64,000 nucleotides of DNA, taken from positions 14,508,001-14,572,000 of the forward strand of contig OZ024750.1 of the NCBI GenBank assembly GCA_964016885.1, in the 5' to 3' direction. Of the stretch, positions 1 to 11,436 are shown piece after piece. The position numbers and the translations under genes are program-made. This DNA comes from Eledone cirrhosa. Lineage: Eukaryota. The stretch's first letter is position 1. Each line of letters starts with the position of its first letter. The notes beneath the pieces were generated by a model that saw only the letters and a program-made list of their open reading frames with translations, searched no databases and had not been told where the DNA came from.

Positions 1-299
1 GGACGTTTAATCTGCAAGAAAGGTGATGACCTCAATTGTTTGGGATGCAAAAGGCATTGTGTTTATTAACTATCTTGAAAAGGGCCACACATTCAATGAA
101 GGGTACAATGCCAATTTGTAGTTACGAAAGGCTATCAAGACAAGACAGGAAAACTGACAAAAGGGGTTTTGTTTCAATGGCTGTTATGGCTTTCAATTGG
201 TTGATACACATATTAGACATGTATATATATTTATTTATGTTGTATAAGGAAATGCAGAGATTGGATGAACTCATGGAGGGGGTAGACCTAGGAAGACAT

Positions 300-1147
300 T
301 GGAAGAAGTAATGAAAACCAGCTTCGGGTCGCAAAAAAAGAATTTCTAATCCAAAATACAAATTACAAGTTTTCTCTTCTGAAATAATCCCCCTTGAGCC
401 CAACACACTTTCCCATCCTTCTCTACCACACCTCCATACACTCTTGGAAGAAATCTCTTGGGATTCTCTGCAGCGCTGACATCACGGCCCTCTTGATGAC
501 TTCTGTGTCTTGAAAAAGTGTTCCTTGATGACCCATTTGAGCTTGGGGAAAAGGAAAAAGTCTGGTTTGGTTTCAAGATGCTTGAGGATGTCCTGACACA
601 GCTGCATGTGTCGCTCCTCCTGGTCATCTTTGTGCAGATCATCCGCATACCCAAATCTTCGGTGATAATCTTTCAAACACTCTTGTAATTCATGCCCAGC
701 TCACTTGTGATCAATTGAACAGTCAGCCGACGATCACCATGCATCATGTCTCAATTCTGCTCATTGAAAGGCTTCTGATCCTGGGGTCATCTTCCATGTC
801 TTCGCATCCCTCTTTAATCATTTTGTGCTACTCAAAATCCCACGAGTGTGACATTATCTCATGTCTGTAAACATGCTGCAGTATTCCAAGAGTTTCTGAT
901 GGAGTTTTCCCCCAGCTGGACCAGAAACTTCAGGTTGGTTTGTTGCTCTGTGCCTATTGTTCAACAACCTAAATTGAGGAGACGTTAGCATAAACATGTG
1001 AAAAAACATACAATGGCTGCAGAGATCTGACATAACAGTTATATACTCCCCGGGTATGACATCCCATGGTGACACAACCTGCTAATCCCTAGTCTACTCA
1101 GCTCACACAGCACAGCAAGTCCTGTTACTTTTCTGACACACCTCATA
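300..1147 (-). mobile_element. Decayed, internally deleted mariner DNA transposon
   Basis: Minus-strand frames give FE*HKMIKEGCEDMEDDPR (mariner [21 protein letters not shown]-like), DDQEERHMQLCQDILKHLE and FFLFPKLK. A TIR-like TATGAGGTGTGTCAGAAAAGTAAC ends at 1147. Confidence 0.8.
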
Positions 1148-1301
1148 TATATATATGCAAGCGGACGTAAAATGATGATGATGATGATGATATATATATA
1201 TATGAGGTGTGTCAGAAAAGTAACAGGACAGATATATATATATAATAATAATAATAATAATCGTTTAATGTTTATCTTCCACGCTAGCATGGGTTTAGAT
1301 A

Positions 1302-1420
1302 ATAATCGTTTCTACTTTAGGCACAAGGACAGCAATTAACCAGTGCATTACTGGTACTTTATTTTATCGACCCCGTAAGGATGAAAGGCTAAGTCAACCT
1401 CGGCGGGATTTGAACTCAGA
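1302..1420 (-). mobile_element. SINE family B fragment (core GCCTTTCATCCTTACGGGGTCGATAAAATAAAGTACCAG)
   Basis: The same core recurs at about 5560-5740(-), 11803-12085(+), 13162-13340(+), 21905-22125(+), 32267-32475(+), 46902-47087(-), 50140-50668(+), 57922-58208(-) and 62941-63123(-). Confidence 0.8.
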
Positions 1421-1640
1421 TATTTATAAAACCATATTTATTCTATTATATATATTTCAAGGGTACCAAAACTTTGGTACGCTTTCATCAAATAAAATAC
1501 AAAGTTTGTTTTATAAATTTTGACATAACCAAGGAAAAGTACCTTAGCGGTTCTACTTTTCCTTGGATAGTATCTTATCTGATGAAAGTTTTGGTACCCT
1601 TGAAATATATATAATAGAATAAATATGGTTTTATAAATAT
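1420..1640. mobile_element. Penelope-like relic with about 56-bp inverted arms and hammerhead-like cores
   Basis: 1420-1475 is the reverse complement of about 1585-1640. CTGATGA...GAAA lies at 1579-1605. Confidence 0.5.
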
Positions 1641-1758
1641 AGTTTCCATTTATTTAATATCATTGAATATTATACTCCGGATTAATTGTTGAGTGCTCTG
1701 AATCAGTAATAAACATTTATATTTGTTGAATTACCAACAAATTGAATATATATATATA

Positions 1759-2393
1759 TCATCATCATCATCATCACTGTTTTACGTCCGTTCTTCCACG
1801 CTAGCATGGGTTAGACGGGTTGTCCTGTTGTGGGCAGTGTCTGGTCAGCTGACCATGCCTTGCTCATATAGGAACTGATTCTGGCTTGATTTCTACAGCT
1901 GGATGCCCTTCCTAACACCAACCTCATTTACAGTGAGTGCTGGGTGCTTTTATCCGTGGCGCCTACACGTCCACTTTACAGTGTGGGCTGGGTGCTTTTT
2001 TGCCGTGGCACCTCCACGACCACCTTGCAGTGGGAGGGTGTGGGGGCATATTGTCTATATGCTTCAGCTTGTACCCATGGGAGGTCGGGTACTCTGTATT
2101 ACTGCATGATGCCAGAGGTCACGGTCGTGTGTCATCGCCTTTGAGAGGTGTAATTGGGTAAGGTCAGCTTTTATCACCTCATCCCAGGTCTTCTTGGGTC
2201 TCCCCACTCCGTGCTGTCCATTGACTTCTAGTGCTCTGCACCTTTTTATGCAGCTTTCATCCTTCATACGCATCACATGTCCATACCAACACAACCACCT
2301 CTCCTGCACACAGCATTTGATTCCTCTTATGCTCAGTCTCTCTCTTTCAATTCATTTATGCTTTGTCGTTCGCGTATATTACTATTACACATC
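1759..2393 (-). mobile_element. RTE-clade LINE 3' end, 5'-truncated, with (GAT)n tail
   Basis: ORF 2064-2309 (WYGHVMR...[15 protein letters not shown]) is typical of an RTE C-terminus. It is near-identical to 27783-28900. Confidence 0.85.
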
Positions 2394-4239
2394 CATATAT
2401 ATATATATATATATATTCGAAGGTGGTTTGCCATACCAGTAACAATGGATGGCATGTCATCTCCAAATCAACTCTCTTCTCTCTTTATGTATACAGTAAT
2501 CCAGTAATTGATAACTCAATGTTTGCAATTTACACCTGATGACGTCACCGCATGTCTTACGTCATGATCTGATGATGTAAGCAGGCCATAGAAATACGTA
2601 TGGTGATTTTTGAAACATTAAAGGAATATTTGGAATCTGTTTTCATTGATATATATGTGTTATGCATAATCAGTTACACTAGTGCATATGTAAATACCTA
2701 CGTTTCGTTGGGTTATTACCCCAACTCATACAATATATGCATGTATGTGTATGTATATACGTATATATATATATAATGTTTACCGTAAGATATATATATA
2801 TGTGGCATACATGACTTTTAGCGGTCGCAATAATGAAAGTATATTTATTTTCATTTTGTGTGTGTGTTTAAACGAAACATGCTGGCGACGAAGCTTCTTC
2901 TTTGCACGGCTCAATGTGTTCTCTATGAGCTGGTCAGATTTGAAGAAAGTCGATCGAGTATCAATATATATACACACACATACATATTTAGCGATTGGGA
3001 CAGTTTTAAGATTTATACAATTCTCTAACAATTATCACGTGTAAATTAAGTTGCCTCCAGATGTGTTGCACGAGAAGAAAAAAGCCGAGAACAAACAAAA
3101 CAAGACAAACAAATAAAAAGGAAAAACTAAGCTTATAAATGGCTTATGCCCTCTGACCTAATAATTTTAAACGAAATATGCAGATATATTTCCAAAAGTA
3201 TAAATAACGATTTTGTTGATGAAATTCTTAAAAAAAAATTGTTTATCGCAATTTAGTGTTGCATAAATTATATTCCGTTCTAGTATTCGAGTTTATTCGG
3301 CCAATTACTAATGCAGATAGAAAAATATTATGTAAATAAAAAAGCATTAGCATTAGCGTACATAATAAAAATAAAAACTATCATTTAAAAAAAATATATA
3401 ATTAGCATAATCGTAATCCATACCTTTGAAAATGTATTTCTGCAAAATTTTAATAAAACATTATCAATAAACAGTGCGTGGTGAGGAGGCGGGGGTAAAT
3501 TGTTATGACAGAGAAACGTGGTTGGTCAGTCTGCTAGAAATAGCTGCCAAATCTACTTCAAATCATACTCTACTATCGTGAAAAAAGGTTTTAATGCTTT
3601 CTGATCTTTTAGATCTGTTTATCAGGGCAACGTGTGTAGTATTGGTGGGTCAAAACAATTTAACGTTTTATTGATTATTCCAATAATAAAATTTACATTT
3701 TTTTTCTAAATTGAAGTTAGTTAAAAAAATAAGTTACTCCAACAAGACCAAATATTCACAAAAATACAATATACAAGTTGTAGCTGAACTTTATACAACA
3801 AATCAATCACTAGAGTTGTAAATTATACTGCCAACGTGGAGGTAACGTCATTTAAAGCACGTGTGTTTTGGAAAAATACACAATGCGAATATAGAAATAT
3901 ATTTTATAAACAAAATAGTTTTAGAAGTAAATCTCAAAAATGGACCTCTTTTCAAAGATCTCGTGCAAAAATATACATCTTTAATTTCATATAAATTATA
4001 TAAAAAAAAACTTGTTTGTCATAGAAATCCAGGCACAGCTGAAATTATACAACGTACACAGGGTTAGAGAGTCAGTCGTTCCCTCCCACCACATACCTTT
4101 ATTTTCATTATTTAATTTTTTTAAATTTCTCTTTTTTATTGCAAATATTAAATAATTTGCAATTCTAATATAATTTATTTTTAGTTGAGAATAATATGCA
4201 CATTATTCTCAACTAAAAAATAAATTACATTACAATATA

Positions 4240-4322
4240 GCGGAAATGACATCAGTACGGACACGTCTCGCTTTATCCAACTCTGTAACTCATTTGGAGT
4301 GTGTGTCATATTTAAACCAATC
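4240..4322 (+). promoter_or_regulatory. Candidate PERK core promoter motifs
   Basis: CGGAAAT (ETS-like), TGACATCA (ATF/CRE-like), GACACGTC and CCAAT cluster about 0.75 kb upstream of the ATG. The TSS is unknown. Confidence 0.3.
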
Positions 4323-5033
4323 AAAACAATATGTTTACATCGTGTGAGCTTCTAATCATAACTTGTCACTCGTCATCGTTCTAATGTATTTTCCCTCTCT
4401 TTATAGTTTACGCGGGTTTTAATTCCTCCTACTACTCTCTTGAAAATTGTTTCGTCATTACCCGTGCCCCTTGTACTTCCTTACAGTCGCTAAGACTGCT
4501 GATGAACGATATACCCCTCGTCCATTCAACATCTCATTTGTTTATTGCGATTAAGGTTGTACTGACCAACAAATTATATTAATACTTATTCTTTTTTATG
4601 CGGCTCTTGTCACTATTTTCATTTTCAGCCGAACTTAACTAACTGCCCGAGTGGGGAATGAATGTAGAGGAAATTGCAAAACAAAAGAAAAGGAAATGTC
4701 GGAAGATTGTGGTGGATAATATAATAGCGAAATCATGTAATATTATTCTATTTAAAAACAACTCGCATTTTGTATGAATTTTATAGACATTAACACGTAA
4801 CATCGTTTGTTGTAAACTTGTAAATCCAGTGTTTAAATTAGTTAAGAAATCCATCGACACAGATTTAAATAAAAATAAACATTTTAATATTAACTCCACT
4901 TTGATCACTTTAAGCAACTATACTCTTTTGACGAAAGAAGAAAACTAAATCAGAACTTGGATCAGTAAAGAGGAGTTTAAATAAGCCAGCATATAACAAC
5001 TGATTCACTGACCAAGATTATGTAAGAGTCTTA

Positions 5034-5257
5034 ATGGGTGGTTACAAACCATCCCGTGCCCAGTTTTTCTGGTTTTCATTAATAACATCAACAACAAAAA
5101 TCATAACATGTTTCTATATTTTTATGATTTTATTTAACATTACTTGCGGAACTCTTACACCTAATTCCCATAACAATAATGATGCTAACACACATCATCC
5201 AACCCAATCTTGTCCGTGGACACGATTTCTTTCCATTAATGAAGACAACAGTAAAAC
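5034..5257 (+). CDS. EIF2AK3: PERK exon 1 (signal peptide)
   Basis: ATG at 5034, hydrophobic [17 protein letters not shown], donor GTAAGT at 5258. Phase 2 fits exon 2. Confidence 0.8.
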
Positions 5258-7603
5258 GTAAGTAAAATATAATGTATAGATTATTTTACAGCTTTTATTT
5301 ATGCTGAATAATTTTATATCGATAAAAATTAAAAGGAATCTTGCTTTCCAGTGATAAAATTATTTTGGTATATATTATAAACACGTTTATTTTAAAGTAT
5401 TTTGGTTAGAGGACAATTGGTGACAAGTTAAAAGTTTTTGTGAGTACTTAAAAATACTTCCCCGATCATATCTTAAATCATTCTCAACCATATTCCAATG
5501 TTATAAGTTTACCTACATCCCTATTAAATGCTTATGTTGAGAAATGTTTATTAGATAAGTAATTGTTTCTACTTTTTGGCACAAGGCCAGCAAATTACCC
5601 AGTACATTACTGGTACTTTATTTTATCGACCCCGTAAGGATGAAAGGAAAGTTAACCTCGGCGGATTTGAACTCAGATCATAAAGGGACATAACTATGCT
5701 AGAAAGCATGACCGATACTGATACTGCCAATTCACCACCCATAGATAAGTAATGAAATTCAAGTCTAAAATTAGATTGTGTTCATTAACATTCATTTTTG
5801 GGTATAGTTGTATTTTAGGATTGCATTAAAGTGAAAGTGATATTTCAAAAGGAATTTGTGTCTGTATATATGCTGCTGCAAGTGATTTTTTTTATTTCAA
5901 AATAGAAAAAAAGAAAATAAAGAAACAAAAACTCTTCAATTTAATGGAATGTATTTAATAATTGTAAAAATTGTAGTTAAAGTATGAAAAGGGGATCTGT
6001 TAAATGTAAGTTGTATTTGCATTTCGATTTGCTGGCACACATTACGTCCATATTATTGTGGCAGTGTATATACACAAAATAAGTACAATTTGTTGTTAAA
6101 ATTTCGATTTTCCATCTCAAATTTTCAAGTTCTCCTTAATGGGGCTCTAAAATATGACTTTCCATTTATGTTTCTAGCTATTAATGATATTTAAAAAAAA
6201 ATCTATTTCAAATGTTTGTAAAATCAGTTAGTTGTATAAGCAAGCCCATATACATTTGGGTTTCAGAATATTTCACAAAACAACTTATCAAGTTAGTTTT
6301 CTCCAGAAAAGCTTTTCTAAAATCATGTTTACGACGAGCTTTCGTATTAGGTAGATGCGATATAAACAAATTTGTTTGTGACACGTTTGTTTATATCTCG
6401 TCTAGTTCTGGTCAGTGGAGGAAATTGATTTATTAGTAAACGAAAATGTTTGATACAAAGTTGTACGGCGACTGACGGAAAATGCGAAGTTTTTATTTAC
6501 ATTTCGTCTACCTAAAACAAAAGACCAGTTATACATATTGATAGATTAACGGAAAATACATAAAACTCCCACCAGAAAAAAATCAAGACTTTATTAATAT
6601 ATAAAATCGATATTAAATTTGCGTGAGTGAGAGAATAAGCGAACTGTATGTTGTATATAGAATAAAGTATTACATTGACCTAAATAGTGTCTTTTTTAAT
6701 CACCAATTATTTATGTTGTCTACGCTGGTTGTGTATCGATATGTCGTTAAGAGGATGTCTAGAGATAATACTGCAATAAATTGACATGAAAATAAAGCGT
6801 ATTGATTTTGAGGGATTTAGAAAATAAAATATAAAAATGTTTTCTTGAATATATGATTTAAAATCAGGAATCCTTTACAGTAGAGTTCAAAATTATTTCA
6901 TTTATTGGCCACAAGCGTCGATAACGAAAGGAAAATATATCAACAGATTAATTGGTTTCGTGTTGTTTCCACGTTGAAACTTATATATGTGTGTGTGTGT
7001 ATATATATATGTATGTTTGTGAGTGTGTGTATGAAAGTATGTATATGTGTGTGTATATATATGTATGTATATAAAACACATGAGAAGAATTGAATATTGC
7101 GTGTGGTTGATATATATATATATATATATATGTGTCTGTGTATGTTGAGTGTGTATGTATATATAAATACATGTGTGTGTATATGTAGGCATATATATAC
7201 ACACACGTATATATATGTAAATATGTATATGTATAATTAGTTACAATAGTGACATACTTATTTACGTCATTGTTATAACTACAATAATCATACTTAACTC
7301 GTTCTGTGGACTCATATATATACACTAGTATAAATTTGGTAGAAATATCCAAGTGTAAGAGCACTCGGATATTTCTACCAAATTTATACTACAGTGTATA
7401 TGTATATATATAGGAACCAGTAAGACCCCGACAGCTGAGCTCAAGCCGTTTCGACGGCTAATTCTGAGTCCAGAATTAGCCGCCGAAACGGCTTGAGCTC
7501 AGCTGTCGGGGTCTTACTGGTTCCTATTACCCACTCTACTACCTCAAGTATTGAGTACTTTGGTGCGTTATGGTCCACCTGGTTCCTTACCACATTTCCT
7601 TCG

Positions 7604-7655
<52 letters not shown>

Positions 7656-10600
7656 TTGGCGCTACGTAGTAATACAGAAGACCCGCCTTGCCTAAGTACA
7701 AAGCAAAACCTACAGTCAGTAGGCACCTCTTAACCAAAATACACCCCCCGTCCCAACCCTACCCCCACCGCCATCTACACCACCCCTTTCGATGTAAAGC
7801 TATGTTGGTACCACAACATCCAGTCCTAAATAAATGCGATCGTGTAGGTGTCACGACAAAAAAAACACACAGTCCACGCTGTAATGTGGCCGTGTAGGTA
7901 ACACGGTAAAAACCTCCCAGTCCACACTGTAATGTGGCCGTGTAGGTAACACGGTAAAAACCTCCCAGTCCACACTGTAAACGTGGTTGGTGTTAGGAAG
8001 GGCATCCAGCCTTAGAAAACCCGCCAGACAGTCCTCAGCAAGACAACCAATCTTGCCGCAAGTTGGACAATTCCCGTCCAGACCCATGCTAGCGTGGAAA
8101 ATGGACGTTAAACGATGATGAGGATGATAGGAGATTTTACTGATCTCTTTTATAATCCATTGGAGTTTAATGCAGATATCACCAATGACTTGCCTCAATC
8201 GGATATAATTCAGGAGATGCCAGATCATCCTACTCTGGCAGATGTCCAACAGACTGGGAGGAGATTAATACTGGGAAGGTACTGAGTTTTTATGGTATTC
8301 CTGTCGAGGTCTTGCTTCATGGTAGTGACCACATTGCTGTGGAGATTTACCATTTGATTTCTGGTATTTGGTTGGGTACTTACTCCTGTTCCTCAAGATT
8401 GGATTGATGTGATCTTTGTTTCCTTGTTCAAGGGAAAGGGGTCAAAATCGGTGTTTAGAAACTATCGGGGAATAAGCCTTCTTGAGGTTGTGGTAAAGTT
8501 TTTGCAAAACTTCATTAATAGCCTTACCAAGTAGATTTGCTCTTGAGTAATTCCAAAGACACAGTGTGGCTTTAGGTTGGGCAGGCACAATGGACATGTT
8601 CTTTTTGTCTAGCTGTACTAGGTTTTTGTTGACCTCACTAAAGCTTTTGATTCTGTGAATAGGGATGCCTTGTGGACCATTCTTAGTAAGGTGGGATGTC
8701 CTCCGGAGTTTGCGAGATTGTTCAAACAGCTACATCGAGGTATGGCAGGGAGGCTTAAATTAAATGGTTCTCTGTTTGAATCATTATCCATCGACAATGG
8801 AGTTAAGCAAGGGAACATCCTAGCAACAACTCTGTTCTCTATCTTCTTTGCCATGACTCTCATGTATGCATTTCAGAATTGCGATGTCGGAGTGTATCTG
8901 CATTTCAGGGCCGCGGGTAGGGTTTTTAACTTGACATGCTTTAGGGCCAAATCAAAGACTTTCCAGCCAGTCATCAGAGAGTTGCTCTATGCTGACGAGG
9001 AGGACATGCAGGCAATCATGAACCTGTTTCCTGGGGCATGCACAGTTTTCGGGTTTACTATCAACACAGAAAAGACCAAAGTCATGTACACACCATCTCC
9101 TGAGCAACATTATGGTGAGCCCAACATTTTTGTTCAGGGTCAGATGTTGAAGGTTGTTGATACATTTGTCTACCTTGGTAGTGCTCCCTCCCGAGATGGT
9201 TCATTGAACTCTGAAATCGAACTAAGGATCTAAAAAGCCAGCAAAGCATGCGGTAGGTTGGAGGGACAGGTCTGGTTGGACAGCGGCATCTTGTTTGGCA
9301 CTAAGATAAGTGTCTACTAATCCTGTGGCCTAATGCTCGCTTATATTCTTCTGAGACTTGGACTACATACCAACATCATATCAAGAAATTGGAAAGATTC
9401 CACCAAAATGCCTAAGGTGTATTTTAAACATTTAGTGGCAGTCATTTAAACCTGAAACAAATTGTACTGCAGCAAGCCAATACATCCAGCTTAGAAAAAC
9501 GACTCCTTTGAAAGCAACTGCATTGGGCAGGGTATTTGGGGCGAGTGGGAGATGAGAAGTTGCCTAATCAAATTTGGTATGGAGAGTTAACCCTTGGTAA
9601 ACGCCCCAGACACAAGAAACACTTCAAAGATGTTGTCAAAGGCAACCTGAAGATACTTAGTATTAGTGTTGAGGATTGGAAAGATGAGGCAGAGAGTAGA
9701 TCTAGTTGGAAAAGCCTGGTTTATGATGGCTGTGATTGTTTTGAGGTCAAAAGGATGGAACATTTGGTGTTTAACCCTTTAATGTTCAAACCGGTCAGAA
9801 TTCTCTACCTCTTTCTGTTGAAACTGGCTGTAACTGGTTGCTCAAACTGATGTTAAGGTATTGTTCGCAAAATAAATACTTTCAAAATCTCATAGATTCG
9901 ATATTATGTGAGATAATTACCATGAAAATATAATAGTATATGTAAAATAATGTGAATGCTAAAGGGTTAAAAGAGCACTGAGGAAAGGTGATGTAAACTC
10001 AGTCCCAGAGGATATTCAATAGGAGTATGTCTGTAACATCTGAGGAAAAGTTGTTCTTTCTCGTGCTGGGCTTGTTAGTCATTTAATAGCTCACGGTAAT
10101 TAGCAGTCTGAAGCCGATTATGTTGATGCAAGGTATTTATGTTAGTTTTACAACAAAGCTTGTAGATCTACTGCGCTTTATCAGCACGTGAGAGTGCCTG
10201 AGGGGGAAGTTACATTCAGGACTGTCTGAGAGCCCTGTGTGTCACATCTGTAAAACAATATGTAGGATCAAGGCAGGTTTGTGGAGTAATTTGAGGGCCC
10301 ATGGTTATTCAGCAGTTCAATCCAATTTGTAAATTTCCTGTCAGAGCTTATAAAATGAATAAATAAATATATATTACTCAGCTGTAGAAATGATAGGGAC
10401 TGGGGTCCCTATCATTCCACTGCAAAGTGGTCGTGGAGGTGCCACGGCAAAAAAAGCACCCAGCCCACACTGTAAAGTGGATGTGTAGGCGCCACGGAAA
10501 AAAAAGCACCCCTCACTCACTGTAAATGAGGTTGGTGTTAGGAAGGGCATCCAGCTGTAGAAATCAAGCCAGAGTCAGTTCCCGTCCCGCCCTTGCAAGC

Positions 10601-11299
10601 AGGGAAAAGCGGACGAAAAATGAAATGAAAATAATATATAATGTATATATATAATATATACACGCCCACACACATTATATATTTATAAACATTATATATA
10701 TCATCATCATCATACGTCCACTTTTCCCTGCTTGCAAGGGTGGGGCGGGAACTGATTCTGGCTTGATTTCTACAGCTGGATACCCTTCCTAACCAACCTC
10801 ATTTACAGTGAGTGCTGGGTACTTTTTTTCCATGGCGCCTACATGTCCACTTTACAGTGGAATGATAGAGACCCCAGTCCTATCATCTCATTTCTTCAGC
10901 TGTAAACTGGAGCAATGTGAAATAAAGTGTCTTGCTCAAGGAAACAACGCATCACCTGGTCTGAGAATTGAACTCACAACCTTTCGATTGCAAGCCCAAT
11001 GCTCTAACCACTAAGCCATGTGCCTCCATATATGTATATATATATATATATATATACACATTATATATACATATATATACATTATAGATATATATATACA
11101 TACTAAGGACATATATATACATTATAGATATATATATATATACTAAGGACAGACACTGGTCTGTTGGAGATGCAGGATATGGCAGCGATAATGAGGGACA
11201 GAGACCGCTGGAGAGAACTCGTCCATGGATCTCGGGAATTTTACCCGCCTTAGATAGATAGATATATATATGTATATATATATATGTATATATATACAT

Positions 11300-11333
<34 letters not shown>

Positions 11334-11401
11334 TGTATATATATATACACACATAATATCAATAAATAAATATATATATATATATATTTGTGTGTGTGTA
11401 T

Positions 11402-11436
<35 letters not shown>

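Noticed and set aside
2780-3031. Minus-strand ORF containing KSDQLIENTLSRAKKKLRRQH as an exon of a divergent gene
   Set aside because: I recognise no homology and found no convincing splice-site pair. It remains possible but unsupported.
3831-3865. UPRE/ERSE-like motifs (CCAACGTGG, TAACGTCA, CACGTG) upstream of PERK
   Set aside because: None matches TGACGTGG or CCAAT-N9-CCACG exactly.
6902-7364. Multiple YI/HT/CV-rich ORFs (also 10952-11570 and 59663-59914)
   Set aside because: They are translations of (TA)n/(CA)n microsatellites.
10950-11028. tRNA-like sequence with A and B boxes
   Set aside because: It is a SINE head with no proper acceptor stem, repeated together with the SINE body.
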